The notes: generated by a model from the letters alone, not told the origin. Shown: positions 33,144 to 43,776, numbered from the stretch's first letter. The stretch is 64,000 nucleotides of DNA from an uncultured Chloroflexia bacterium (GCA_963752475.1 CAVVYR010000004.1:160001-224000), one strand, 5' to 3'. Numbers and translations are program-made.

Positions 33144-33455
33144 GAGGCTATCTCCCGAGGGCACTACGGGTATGGGGATTGGGGTCCACGCAGAGTCTAT
33201 CCGACCGTTGCGTCCACGCACCACCCCACGTCTCGCATGGCGGGCGCGAGCGGAGGCCTCGAACGGCGCGCTGTTCAGCCCCTGAGCAATCTCGACCAGC
33301 ATGCGCCGGATCCTGCAGGTCTTGCTCCCCTGCTGGGCACGAGTGCCACCAATGTCCTCGGCAAGAGCAGGAATGACGGATTCGGTGTCGCACGAGCCAA
33401 GATCGCACGCCTGGTGAACATCGGGCTTGCGCCTCGCTATGGGCTTGCGCCCTCG

Positions 33456-34255
33456 CTATCGCCGGCGCACGTGGTCGGGCAGGACGGCTTCGAGCTTCGG
33501 GTAGAGCGACCTCGTTGGCCGCGATGATGGGCGCGCCCACTGAGCAGCGACTCCTCGGTGAGGAAGTCGTTCACGGTGCCACCGGCGGCTTGCACGATGG
33601 CCACGCCCGCAGCGCCGTCCCAGGAGTTGAGGTGCGACTCGATGTAGCCGATGAGCCGGCCGGCAGCGACGTAGGCCAGCGACAGCGCGCCCGAGCCCTC
33701 GCGGTAGTAGACGACGCCCTGTCGCAGCAGCGCGTCGACGATGGGTACGATCTCGTCGGCCCCGATGCGCGGGCTCATGCCGATCGAGAGCAGTCCATCG
33801 TCGAGGCTGGTGCTGTCCGAGACACGGATGGGCCGGCCGTTGAGCGTGGCCCCGTGGCCGACTCGCCCGACGAAGACCTCGTCGCGCGCGGGTGCAGCCA
33901 GGAACCCCATCTCCAGCCGGCCGCGGTGGGCGAAACCGATGGACACGCACCAGGAAGAGAGCTCCTTGAGGAACGGCTGCGTGCCGTCGATGGGATCGAC
34001 GATCCAGAGATCATCGGCAGCGGCCTTGTTGTGCCCGAACTCCTCACCGAAGAAGGCGTCGTCGGGGAAGCGCTCCTCGATGGCCCTTCGGATGAGCTGC
34101 TCGACCTCGGTATCCGCCTCCGAGACCACGTCTTGCGTGCCCTTGGAGCGAACGGTCAACGACTCCTGACCCTCGAAGTAGTGCTGCGCCAGGGCGGCCG
34201 CCTCGACGATGAGCTCCTGCCCGAAGGCGTAGCGGTCGCTCAGGGGATCGGTCAT
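33456..34255 (-). CDS. Inositol monophosphatase family protein (indels near the 3' end, ~33510-33540)
   Basis: DVVSEAD, FGEE, WIVDPIDGT, WDGAAG. Confidence 0.85.
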
Positions 34256-35160
34256 GCACTCTCCTCTGCCCACAGCCAGGCCGCACCACGCACGCCGCTG
34301 CTGTCGCCGTGCTTCGACTTCACGATGGGCGTGGTGAAGACGGTGGTGAAGGTGTACTGCAGGATCTCGCCCGGCAGCCGCTCATACAGCTCGTCCACGT
34401 TCGACATGCCCCCGCCGAGCACGAAGACGTCAGGGTCGAGCACGTTGACGATGACGGCCAGCCCCCGGGCCACACGGTTGATGTAGCGATCGAGGAGCCC
34501 TGCTGCGAGCGAGTCACCCGCGCGCGCAAGCTCGACGATATCGGAACCGTGGCGCCGCTCGCCGGCGGCCGCTTCGTACTGGGCCTGGAAGGCACGGCCG
34601 GAGACCCATGTCTCCATGCAGCCGTTGAGGCCGCACCAACAGCTCGGGCCCGGGAGCTCGTCCTCTTCCGGCCAGGGCAAGGGGTTGTGGCCCCAGTCAG
34701 CAGCGTTGTTGTTGGGTCCGTGGTGCGCCACTCCATCGACGGCCACACCGGCCCCCACGCCGCTGGCGAAGTTGGCGGCGTAGACCACGCGGTAGCCGGC
34801 ACCGGCGCCGTCGCGCGCCTCAGACGCGGCCAGCAGATCGGCATCATTGACAGCGCGGATCTCGCGGCCGGCGAGCGCCTCACGCAGGTCCTTCTCCACG
34901 GGCTGTCCGATCATCCAGGTGGAACTGGCGCCCTTGCCCAGCCCGGTCTCCGGGTCGATGGACCCAGGGATGCCGATACCGACGCGATCGACGCGGCCGA
35001 CCGCCGCTTCGGCACGCGAGACCATCTGCGCGATCGCCACGAGGCAGGCGGCGTAGTCCCCGCGCGGCGTGTCCACCCGCTCGCGGAAGTGCTCGACGCC
35101 CTCCGCGGTCATGGCCACGGCCTCGATCTTGGTGCCACCCCAGTCGACTCCGACAAGCAT
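34252..35160 (-). CDS. ROK-family sugar kinase (fructokinase/Mak-like)
   Basis: GVDWGGTKIE, CWCGLNGCMET, LGGGMSN, HGDSSGVRGAAWLW. Confidence 0.85.
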   Translation of the reverse strand: MLVGVDWGGTKIEAVAMTAEGVEHFRERVDTPRGDYAACLVAIAQMVSRAEAAVGRVDRVGIGIPGSIDPETGLGKGASSTWMIGQPVEKDLREALAGREIRAVNDADLLAASEARDGAGAGYRVVYAANFASGVGAGVAVDGVAHHGPNNNAADWGHNPLPWPEEDELPGPSCWCGLNGCMETWVSGRAFQAQYEAAAGERRHGSDIVELARAGDSLAAGLLDRYINRVARGLAVIVNVLDPDVFVLGGGMSNVDELYERLPGEILQYTFTTVFTTPIVKSKHGDSSGVRGAAWLWAEESA

Positions 35161-35212
35161 GGCTCTGAGTATGCACGGTCGCGCTCCCTGAGACGGCCGT
35201 CGGACGCGAGCG

Positions 35213-35833
35213 CTAGCCGGTCCCAGGCTCCACGATCCGTAGCAGGTCGACGCTCAGCCGCTGAGCCAGGAGCCCCGGGTCGACGTCCGGCCGGCGCGCC
35301 AGCTCAGCCCCGGCGAAGACCGCCCGGTAGAGGATCCGGCCGTCCAGTTCGGGGTCGAGATCGGCCCGGAAGGCCCCGGTGGCCAGCCCTCGTCGCAGGA
35401 GGTCCGCAACGATGCCCTCAGCTCGTTCCTCGTGGGCCTGCATCGTCGCGCGCAGATCCGCGGGCAACGCGGCCGTGAGCGCACTGAGCGAAGGATGTCC
35501 GGCCCTGATCGACTCGACGGCGGCGCTCACGAGCAGCCCGAACGCAGCCCGCGGGTCGTCCTCGCTCGCGAGCTGCCGAGCCAGCTCCTCGGTCCCGACA
35601 TCGCCCAGCTCGACCATCCCGGCCAGGACGGCATCCACGTCCGGCCAGTAGTTGTAGAGCGTCTGCCGGGAGACCCCGGCGCGCGCGGCCAGCGCCGACA
35701 TCGAAAGCCCGGCGAGGCCCTCCTCGCTGACGATGTACATGGCGGCCACGAGGATGCTGGTGCGCGTGCGGCTGCGCCGTTCGCTCAGCTGCCCAGTCGC
35801 CGCCATCGTGACCGTGCCCTCGCTGTCCATCAT
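35213..35833 (-). CDS. TetR/AcrR family regulator
   Basis: HTH LSMSALAARAGVSRQTLYNYW. Confidence 0.9.
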   Translation of the reverse strand: MMDSEGTVTMAATGQLSERRSRTRTSILVAAMYIVSEEGLAGLSMSALAARAGVSRQTLYNYWPDVDAVLAGMVELGDVGTEELARQLASEDDPRAAFGLLVSAAVESIRAGHPSLSALTAALPADLRATMQAHEERAEGIVADLLRRGLATGAFRADLDPELDGRILYRAVFAGAELARRPDVDPGLLAQRLSVDLLRIVEPGTG

Positions 35834-36583
35834 GGCCGACGATACGCGCGAGCGGCAAGCGCCGCGAAGACGACCGTCAGCCCGACGATCCAGGCGGACG
35901 ATGCGAGCAAGAGGCGGCCCGCCGGCTCGCCGGCTGCCAGCGCCCGCGCGGTGTCGCTGACGACGGAAATCGGCTGCACCTCCGCAAACAGGCGCACCAG
36001 GTCATGCATGCCATCGGTCGGGACGAAAGCGCTCGAGGCCAGCATGAGTGGGAAAAGCCAGAACATCGAGAGCATGCCCACGGTCTCGGCGTTGCGCACC
36101 CGTGCGCCGACCCAGGCGCCGACCCAGGAGAAGGCATAGCCGAGCCCAACGACCACGATGATCATGCCCACGGCGCCGGCGAGGGACTCAGCTCGAAAGC
36201 CCATGACGTAGCCGAGCGCGATCACCAGTAGTACTCCGACCGAGTTGCGCACGGTGTCCGCCAAGGTCCGGCCGGCAATGACCGCGATCTGGCTCATCGG
36301 TAGGGAGCGAAAGCGGTCGACGACCCCGGCTGAGAGATCGAGGGCCAGGCCGGTGCCGGTCTGCTGCGCACCGTTGACGACGGTGATGACGAGCACGCCG
36401 GGCAGCAGGAACTGGAGGTAGTCGACCCCGGAGCCGGCGGCGATGACGCTGCCGAAGACGTAGTAGAAGAGCAGCAGGAAGAAGATGCCCATGATCACCG
36501 AGAAGGTGAGCTGCTCCGGCAGCCGGGCGGTGCGGATGAGGTCGCGCCGGGCGATGTTCAGGCTGTCGATGACGCCTGATCAC
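35830..36583 (-). CDS. ABC-2 (DrrB-like) permease; probable 1-nt indel just after the GTG start
   Basis: YLQFLLPG, DRFRSLPM, SSAFVP; upstream in-frame GVIDSLNIARRDLIR. Confidence 0.8.
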
Positions 36584-37572
36584 GCGGCCACCTCCTCGCT
36601 CGCCTCGGACTCCGTACCGGTCGGGCGCCCAGTAATCTCGATGAAGACGTCGTCAAGGGTTGGACGACGCAGCTGGAAATCAGCGAGGGCGATCCCGTCC
36701 TGGTCGAGTCGCCGCAGGGCCACAAGGCTCTCTTCGGTGTCGGCCACGGCCACGTGCAGGGTGCGCTCGTCGACGGCCACCGCGGTCAGCGGCTCGATGG
36801 CCGAACGTGCCGCCGGCACCTGCGCCGCGTCCGCCACGCTGACCTCGAGGACATCCCGTCCCAGACGGGTCTTGAGCTCCCGGCTGGTGCCCTCGGCCAC
36901 GACCGTGCCGTGGTCGATGATGATGATCTGGTCGGCCAGCTGGTCGGCCTCCTCGAGGTACTGGGTCGTGAGCACGACGGCAGCGCCGGCGTCGCGGATG
37001 GCGCGGATCTCGTCCCAGATGGCGGCGCGGCCGCGAGGATCGAGCCCAGTGGTGGGCTCGTCGAGGAAGATGGCCGGCGGTTCCGCGATAAGGGCCACGA
37101 CCAGATCCAGGCGGCGTCGCTCGCCCCCCGAGAGAGTCGCCGCGAGGCGACCGGCGTACGCCTCCATCCCGAAACGCTCGATGAGTTCGGCCACGCGCGC
37201 GGCGCGCCGTGGCCCAGGCAGGTGGTAGAGCCGCCCGAACAGGTCCAGGTTCTGACGCACGCTGAGCATGTCGTCCACGGCCGCACTCTGGCCAGCCAGG
37301 CCGATGCTGCCGCGGACGGCCGAGGGGTCCGTGGCGACATCGTGTCCGGCTACGCTGGCCCGGCCAGCGTCGATGGGCAACAGCGTGGTCAGCAGCTTCA
37401 CGGTGGTGGTCTTGCCAGCGCCGTTGGGACCGAGGACTCCGAGGACCGATCCAGCCGCGACGGAGAAGCTCAGACCGTCCACGGCCACGACTTTGCCGAA
37501 TCGCTTGCGCAGCTCCTCGGCCTGGATCACCGGCGATGCAAGGGCGGTGGTTGCGCGTTCGTAGGTTGACAT
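36580..37572 (-). CDS. DrrA-like ABC exporter ATP-binding protein
   Basis: GPNGAGKTT, LSGGERRR, FLDEPTTGLDP, LTTQYLEEAD, PTLDDVF. Confidence 0.9.
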   Translation of the reverse strand: MSTYERATTALASPVIQAEELRKRFGKVVAVDGLSFSVAAGSVLGVLGPNGAGKTTTVKLLTTLLPIDAGRASVAGHDVATDPSAVRGSIGLAGQSAAVDDMLSVRQNLDLFGRLYHLPGPRRAARVAELIERFGMEAYAGRLAATLSGGERRRLDLVVALIAEPPAIFLDEPTTGLDPRGRAAIWDEIRAIRDAGAAVVLTTQYLEEADQLADQIIIIDHGTVVAEGTSRELKTRLGRDVLEVSVADAAQVPAARSAIEPLTAVAVDERTLHVAVADTEESLVALRRLDQDGIALADFQLRRPTLDDVFIEITGRPTGTESEASEEVAA

Positions 37573-37607
37573 ACTGTCAATCTAGACAATGATTGACAGG
37601 TTGTCAA
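37566..37607 (-). promoter_or_regulatory. Leaderless sigma70 promoter overlapped by two palindromic operators
   Basis: Minus strand reads TTGACA-17-TAGATT-6-ATG. TTGACA-N3-TGTCAA occurs at 37566-37580 and 37593-37607. Confidence 0.8.
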
Positions 37608-37648
37608 CCTAGGCCATCCGTTGCTGGGCACCCTAGAGTGGGTCCGAC

Positions 37649-38569
37649 ATGACCTCGCCCATCGAACGACTCCGCGTGACCGTCGTCAGCCGCACGACGG
37701 GTCTCTTCGCCCACGGCAACGACCCCATGGCGCACACCATGGACTACGCCGGCGACCCTGGGCTCTTCGGCCCCGACTCCATCACCTGGGAGGTGATGGG
37801 CGACGTCTCCGGCTTCGTGGCCGGCATCCGGGCGCTGCTTATCCAGGCCGCGCATCCGGAGGTCGTCGCCGGTGTGGCCGACCACTCGCGCTATCGCGAG
37901 GATCCGCTGGGCCGGCTGTCGCGTACGTCCGACTACGTCACCGCTACCTCCTATGGCGCGATGCCGGAGGTCGAGCAGGCCGTGCGCATCGTGCGGGCCG
38001 CCCACCGGCGTGTGGTGGGTATCTCGCATCGCGGCCTGGCCTACCGCGCCGATGACCCACCGCTGGCGGCCTGGGTCCACAACTCCCTGACCGACAGCTT
38101 CCTGGCCTGCCATCGGGCCTATGGCGCGCGCCAGCTGAGCCAGAAGGAGGCGGACCAGTTCGTCTGGGAGCAGATGCGGATCGGCCGGCTGCTCGACGCC
38201 GATCCGCTGCCTGAGACGGAGGCGGAGCTGTCTGAGTGGGTCGCCGAGCATCCCGCGGTGGGGCCGTCGCCCGGCATGCGCGAAGCCGTCGGCTTCCTGC
38301 GTCAGCCACCGCTCGACCCGGCCGTGCTGCTGGCCTACCAGGTGCTGGGCAGCGCTGCCATCGAAGTCGTGCCACCACGTATCCGGGCCGCCTTGGCGCT
38401 GAAGCCACGCCCGGGCGCGTGGCAGGTGGGTCGGGCATCCACGACCGCCATGCGCTGGGCGCTGGCGGCATCACCCCGCTGGCGTCAGGCGCTGTTGCGC
38501 GTGGGCGCGCCGGTCGACGAGCGACGCTTCAAGCAGAAGGCACCCTTCGAGACGCTGGAGAAGACATGA
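37649..38569 (+). CDS. MpaB/DUF2236 oxygenase-family protein
   Basis: GLFGPDSITW, LLIQAAHP.V.AGVADHS, YRADDP..AAWVH. Confidence 0.85.
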   Translation: MTSPIERLRVTVVSRTTGLFAHGNDPMAHTMDYAGDPGLFGPDSITWEVMGDVSGFVAGIRALLIQAAHPEVVAGVADHSRYREDPLGRLSRTSDYVTATSYGAMPEVEQAVRIVRAAHRRVVGISHRGLAYRADDPPLAAWVHNSLTDSFLACHRAYGARQLSQKEADQFVWEQMRIGRLLDADPLPETEAELSEWVAEHPAVGPSPGMREAVGFLRQPPLDPAVLLAYQVLGSAAIEVVPPRIRAALALKPRPGAWQVGRASTTAMRWALAASPRWRQALLRVGAPVDERRFKQKAPFETLEKT

Positions 38570-39423
38570 CCGATCTGGAGCTGTACGAGACCCTGGAGCG
38601 CATCGGTCAGAAGCCGGAGGTCTACTCGCGCTACACGGTAGATGCGCTGTGGTCCTCTCCGGACATCTCCGAGATGATGCTCAGCTACCACCTCGACGGC
38701 GAACTCGATCTGGCCTCGCGGCGCATGGAGTTCATCGAGCGCTCGTTCGACTGGCTCACATCCAAGTTCGAGCTGAGCGATGGCTCACACGTCATCGACC
38801 TCGGCTGCGGGCCTGGGCTCTACGCCAACCGGCTGGCGCGTCGCGGGGCCACCGTCACCGGTGTCGACATCTCCCCACGCTCGATCGAGTACGCCCGCGA
38901 GCAGGCGGCGGCGGATGGGCTGGAGATCGACTACCGCCTCGGTGACTACCTCGAGATCGATCTCGGCTCAGGCTACGACCTGGTCACGATGATCATGTGT
39001 GACTTCTGTGCCTTCTCACCCGAGCAGCGCGGACGGATCCTGCGACGTGCCGGGGAGCTGCTGGCACCTGGCGGCGCCTTCCTCTTCGACGTCTACTCGG
39101 AGGCCTACTACGAGACGTGGGACGAGCACGTAGCCTTCGGCGAAGGGATGATGGACGGCTTCTGGTCGGCCGAGCCCTACTTCGGCTTCCTGCATACGTT
39201 CCGCTACGACGAGCAGAAGGTGGCGCTGGAGAAGTACTTCATCGTCGAGCGCGATAGGCAGACCGAGTACTTCAACTGGTTCCAGCACTACTCGCTTGCG
39301 TCGCTCACGGCGGAGGTCGAAGCGGCCGGACTGATCGTGGATGAGGCGTTCGGCGACGTCGCCGGCGAGGAGTTCGACGCTTCGCTGCCAGAATTCGCGG
39401 TGGTGGTGCGTCGGCCGGCCTAG
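38566..39423 (+). CDS. Class I SAM-dependent methyltransferase
   Basis: IDLGCGPG, GVDISP; ATGA overlap. Confidence 0.85.
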   Translation: MTDLELYETLERIGQKPEVYSRYTVDALWSSPDISEMMLSYHLDGELDLASRRMEFIERSFDWLTSKFELSDGSHVIDLGCGPGLYANRLARRGATVTGVDISPRSIEYAREQAAADGLEIDYRLGDYLEIDLGSGYDLVTMIMCDFCAFSPEQRGRILRRAGELLAPGGAFLFDVYSEAYYETWDEHVAFGEGMMDGFWSAEPYFGFLHTFRYDEQKVALEKYFIVERDRQTEYFNWFQHYSLASLTAEVEAAGLIVDEAFGDVAGEEFDASLPEFAVVVRRPA

Positions 39424-39746
39424 TGTCCTCGGCGCAACCGCGCCAAGGCTCGCACCGAGCCCGACCAGGCGATGAAGGTCCAGCCGACGAGCAGGGCGAT
39501 GATGAGCCCGAACCAGATGGGCTCCAGTTCGGCATGCCAGGCCCAAAGGAAGACCCCCAGAGGCAGGATCGCGATCCAGGCGATGACCGCAGAGGCCATG
39601 TCGAGGCCCTCGAGCCAGGCCCACGTGTCCGCCGGCAGCGTCGACTCCGTGAAGGCGGCCAGCGCCACATAGACCCAGACGACCACGAAGACGATCGCGG
39701 CCAGGATCGGCAGCACGGTGTCGAGAAAGCGGCCAAGACGGCTCAT
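39420..39746 (-). CDS. Small membrane protein
   Basis: Three hydrophobic segments. Confidence 0.65.
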   Translation of the reverse strand: MSRLGRFLDTVLPILAAIVFVVVWVYVALAAFTESTLPADTWAWLEGLDMASAVIAWIAILPLGVFLWAWHAELEPIWFGLIIALLVGWTFIAWSGSVRALARLRRGH

Positions 39747-40001
39747 CGGTCGATGGTAGATCCCGCCGATGGCACGTGGAGATCGGGTCGCCACTCGCAT
39801 CGGCGCTTGCATCCCGCACTTGCGTCCGATGCAAGAGATCGATCGGCCGATCGGTTGGAATGTCCATCCCTTGCTCGGTGGTGCACGCGGCTGTCGGCAG
39901 CTTGCAGGTCCTGCAAGGAACCGGCAGAACACCAGCCGAGGCTGGCCCGGTCTTGCGCGTGATGCCAGGCCACAGCCCGCAGGCTCTCGGAGCGCCGCCT
40001 G

Positions 40002-40970
40002 TCAGATGCGATATCGCGGATGCTCTCGGTACCAATCGAGAGTCAGTGCAAGAGCATCCTCATGGGGCGTCGGGCTGGCCCCGAATGCGTCCTCGAAGCG
40101 CTCATGAGAGACGTGAAGGGGCCGCTCGAAGAGGTAGAGCATCTCGGCCACCTCGGCCGTGTCGGGCTGGAACAAGCCGAGGAACCTGATCACGCCGCCG
40201 CTGATGCGGGAGGCGCGGACCTTGGCCTCGACGCCAACGTGCTTGCCAGCGGTCACGAGCAACTCGCGGTGCGATCGAGCGGGCGCCGCGGGCAGGTGCC
40301 AGATCCGACCCAGGGCGTCCGGCTCCCGACCCAGCACCGCCAGACCCCGAGCGACGTCGTCGATGAAGGCGTAGGCATGAGGGACATCGGAGTTCCCGAT
40401 GACGTTGACGGTTCGGCCATCCATGAGCGGGTAGAAGTGCCGCTGCCCGAAGGTGGACCCGAAGGCGGAGTTGAGAGCACCAGGACCGTACAGATCCGCC
40501 GTCCGGCCGATAGCTCCCTCGAGCCGCCCCTCGCGTAGCGCGGTCATGAACGTGGCCGACATCTCGGCTCGCAACCGACCCTTGCGCGTCGCGGCGGTAG
40601 CTCCTGACTCCTCCGTCAGCTCGCCGTCTACCTGACCGTAGACATAGACGGAATCGTGATAGATGAGCCGTGCGCCGACCGCGGCCGCGGCACCGATGGC
40701 AGCGACCAAGCGAGCGGGAAAGAGCGCGTACCAGTCGACATAGTGGGCGTTGAGGAGCAGATACACGACCGATGCGTCGGCGCAGACGGCCGCCAGCGCG
40801 GCCGCGTCTGCTCCATCCACGGCTCGCGGTTCGCTGTCGGGCATGTCATAGGCCCGGTCGCCCATGATGCTCCAGAGATCGGCGTCGATCCCGACAGCCC
40901 GAAGCTGGGCCTGCAGCGACACGCCCAGCGGGCCTGCCCCAAGGATGACCTGACGCCCATCACCTCTCAC
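40002..40970 (-). CDS. NAD-dependent epimerase/dehydratase (atypical SDR)
   Basis: ILGAGPLG, VYVYG, KGRLR, DLYGP. Confidence 0.8.
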   Translation of the reverse strand: MRGDGRQVILGAGPLGVSLQAQLRAVGIDADLWSIMGDRAYDMPDSEPRAVDGADAAALAAVCADASVVYLLLNAHYVDWYALFPARLVAAIGAAAAVGARLIYHDSVYVYGQVDGELTEESGATAATRKGRLRAEMSATFMTALREGRLEGAIGRTADLYGPGALNSAFGSTFGQRHFYPLMDGRTVNVIGNSDVPHAYAFIDDVARGLAVLGREPDALGRIWHLPAAPARSHRELLVTAGKHVGVEAKVRASRISGGVIRFLGLFQPDTAEVAEMLYLFERPLHVSHERFEDAFGASPTPHEDALALTLDWYREHPRYRI

Positions 40971-41186
40971 GTCTCACCTTTACATGCGCCTTGCGACCCA
41001 ACGTCTTCGGACCTAGTCTCCACGCGGGGCAATGATGCAGACCGTCTAGGGAGCCAGCAAGTGTGCTCGCAACCATGTCTGTCGACATCGAGGCGCCACC
41101 CGAGCGCGCGTGGAGTTCCTCTTCAGCTGAAGCGACTGGCTGAAGCGACGAAGGGCGCGAGGGCCCACCGGTGAAGGGGACGCTGC

Positions 41187-41660
41187 ATGACGGCACAGCG
41201 CGAACGCCCATCGAGGCTCGCCAAGCTCGGCTTCAAGGTCCCGGTTTGGCTCTATCGCGCGCATCTCGGCTTCCTCTTCGGGGGCCGGATCTTCGCCATC
41301 GTCCACCACGGCCGCAAGTCGGGGAAGCGCTACGTGTCCGGCCTGGAGGTCCTCGCCCGCCGCGGTGGCGAGCTCTTGGTCTTCTCGGCCTGGGGCACCA
41401 AGGCCGACTGGTATCGCAACATCGAAGCCGGTGGCATCGATGAGCTCTGGGACGGTCGTGCTCGCTACCCCGGGGCGGAGTTCCGCCGGCTCGAGCCAGA
41501 TGAGTCCGATGAGGTCATCGCCGCTTACGAGCGCGAGCACCACGGCACGGCGAAGCGGACGCTGCCACGGATGCTGGAGGGCTACGACTTCAGCGACGAG
41601 ATGCGGTGGGAGTTGGCCAAGGCCGGAACGATCATCGCCTTCAGACCCAAGGTGGTGTAG
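41187..41660 (+). CDS. Deazaflavin (F420)-dependent nitroreductase family protein
   Basis: HHGRKSGKR, ADWYRNI. Confidence 0.8.
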   Translation: MTAQRERPSRLAKLGFKVPVWLYRAHLGFLFGGRIFAIVHHGRKSGKRYVSGLEVLARRGGELLVFSAWGTKADWYRNIEAGGIDELWDGRARYPGAEFRRLEPDESDEVIAAYEREHHGTAKRTLPRMLEGYDFSDEMRWELAKAGTIIAFRPKVV

Positions 41661-41788
41661 TCAGCGAGCTGGTGCCGACCGGCACCGGTTACTTCGTACC
41701 AGGGTCGAATCAGTACTTGAGGTATGGCACGGTGGGGACCTTCGGATGCACCAGGGACGGTTTGGTGCACCTCTCCACCGGAGGACCC

Positions 41789-42604
41789 ATGGCCATCAAG
41801 CGACCCGGCGGGAAGCTCAAGCGCACACTCGCGGCGGCGGTTGCGGCTGCGCTGTTGGCCGCCGCGCTGCCCGCAGGCATGACGGCCGCGGCCAAGGCCG
41901 ACGATAGCTGCAAGGTCCACAACCTGGGCAAGGGCATCGATCGCGACTCGCTTCAGAAGGCGGTACGCGCCGCCGACCCCGGAGACGCCCTGCTGGTACA
42001 AGGTCGCTGCGCCGGGCCCGCGCTCATCGACAAGGACCTCGACATCAGCTACATGGGCTGGGCTGGTGCGCCGATGCCGCTCGGCAGCCAGTACGTGGCC
42101 GAGCCGCGCGGACGTATCGTCACCGATGGCTCTGGCCCGGCGCTCGTCATCGACCCCGACGTCCCCGGACTGACCATCAATCCCGGACTCGCAGTCAAGG
42201 GCGGCATCGTCATCGGCGACGTCAAGACCTGGCACGACACACTGCCCTCGGTCATCGCCACGACCGCCGGCACCAGCCTCAGCGACTGCCACCTCCGCAA
42301 CGACGACACCGCGGTGGAGTTCGCGGCCAGCCAGGCCGCTCTCGACGCAGCGAGCGCCGGCGACGACCTGTCGATCCGCGGGACGTGTACCGGTGAGACC
42401 GTCATCGACGAGGCGGCCCGCGTTGCCGGTTGGCGTATCGCCATCTCGGCACTGACGTTGGGCGAAAAGCCTGCCGGCACCGACGACTCGGGTCCGGCCA
42501 CGCTGGAGCGGGTCACCGTCGACACCGGCGTCGACAGCCTCGTGCTCAAGGACGTGCGCATCACCAACGGCTTCAGCATCCGGGACCTGACGCCGGCGTC
42601 CTGA
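41789..42604 (+). CDS. Secreted hypothetical protein with two internal repeats
   Basis: GGAGG RBS, signal peptide, two C..N...Q.A..AA..GD.L...G.C.G...ID units. Confidence 0.7.
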   Translation: MAIKRPGGKLKRTLAAAVAAALLAAALPAGMTAAAKADDSCKVHNLGKGIDRDSLQKAVRAADPGDALLVQGRCAGPALIDKDLDISYMGWAGAPMPLGSQYVAEPRGRIVTDGSGPALVIDPDVPGLTINPGLAVKGGIVIGDVKTWHDTLPSVIATTAGTSLSDCHLRNDDTAVEFAASQAALDAASAGDDLSIRGTCTGETVIDEAARVAGWRIAISALTLGEKPAGTDDSGPATLERVTVDTGVDSLVLKDVRITNGFSIRDLTPAS

Positions 42605-42670
42605 CGAGCGACACCGGATTCGGGACCAAGAGCCCTGTCGCAGGAACCACCACGGCCGCACGCTGTGTAG

Positions 42671-43723
42671 ATGGAGAGTCTCGAACGCATCCGCGGGCTC
42701 ATCGCCGGCGAGCCCGTCGATCACCTGCCCGTCCAGCCACTCATCATGCAGTTGGCTGCGAAGCACGCCGGCCTCGGCTACAACGACTACGTCACGCACG
42801 GTGAACGCCTCGCAGAGGCGCAGCTGTCGCTAGCGCAGGAGTACGGCATCGACTGCTTGATGCAATGCTCCGATCCCGCGCGCGAGCTCATCGACATCGC
42901 GGGTGGGGACGATTCGAGCGTGGAGTGGGCCGCGACCGGTCCGGCCATCGTGGAGTCGCGAGCGCTCGTGCGTGACAAGGCCACGCTGGGCAGGCTGCGA
43001 GTCCCCGACCCCCTCGCGCCAGGCAGGATGCGGGACCGCATCGAGTCGATCGAGACCATGCGCCGGCTGGCGGGACCCGATGTCTCGGTCGTGGGCTGGG
43101 TCGAGGGGCCGCTGGCGCTCGGCGCGGAGATGCGTGGTCTCTCGATGGTGATGATGGACACCTACGAGGATCCGGGCTTCCTCGACGAGCTGTTCGACTT
43201 CACTTCCCAGGTCGCGCGGACCTACTGGAAGCCACAGGCGGAGGCCGGTGCCGACACCATCGGCATGAGCGATGCCGCAGCCTCGATGATGAGCCCGGCC
43301 CACTACGAGCGGTTCATCTTTCCGGCCCAGCTGCGCGTCGTCGAGGACATCAAGGCGACCCGACCGGACGTCCTGATCCGGCTGCACATGTGCGGCCGCA
43401 CCGACGACCTGCTGCCGCTGATGAAGGAGCTGCCGGTCGACATCTGGGAGCTCGACTTTCCCGTCGACCTGGCCCGGGCACGCGAGGTGCTGGGACCGGA
43501 GCGCGTGATCCTGGGCAACGTCAACACGGTCGAGGTCATGCTCACGGGCACACCCGATGACGTCTACGCCGCGGCAGCCGAGTGTCACCGCATCTGCGGT
43601 GCCAACCATGTCGTCGGCACCGGCTGCGAGGTCGCACCCGAGACGCCGCCGGAGAACCTGCACGCACTGGTGGCCTACGCCCGCGATCACCGGCCGAGCG
43701 ACCCCGCTCCCGCCGGCGCCTAG
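42671..43723 (+). CDS. UroD-fold MtaA/CmuA-like protein
   Basis: EGPL, EAGAD, LHMCG, LGNV, GTGCE...TPPEN. Confidence 0.8.
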   Translation: MESLERIRGLIAGEPVDHLPVQPLIMQLAAKHAGLGYNDYVTHGERLAEAQLSLAQEYGIDCLMQCSDPARELIDIAGGDDSSVEWAATGPAIVESRALVRDKATLGRLRVPDPLAPGRMRDRIESIETMRRLAGPDVSVVGWVEGPLALGAEMRGLSMVMMDTYEDPGFLDELFDFTSQVARTYWKPQAEAGADTIGMSDAAASMMSPAHYERFIFPAQLRVVEDIKATRPDVLIRLHMCGRTDDLLPLMKELPVDIWELDFPVDLARAREVLGPERVILGNVNTVEVMLTGTPDDVYAAAAECHRICGANHVVGTGCEVAPETPPENLHALVAYARDHRPSDPAPAGA

Positions 43724-43776
43724 CACGGCATCAGCGCCGGCAGCGCACTGCCCGGTCTGACGGCATCATTGGGGCG

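Noticed and set aside
33144-33455. PyrR attenuator or riboswitch upstream of pyrB
   Set aside because: No clear PyrR binding loop or terminator recognisable by eye.
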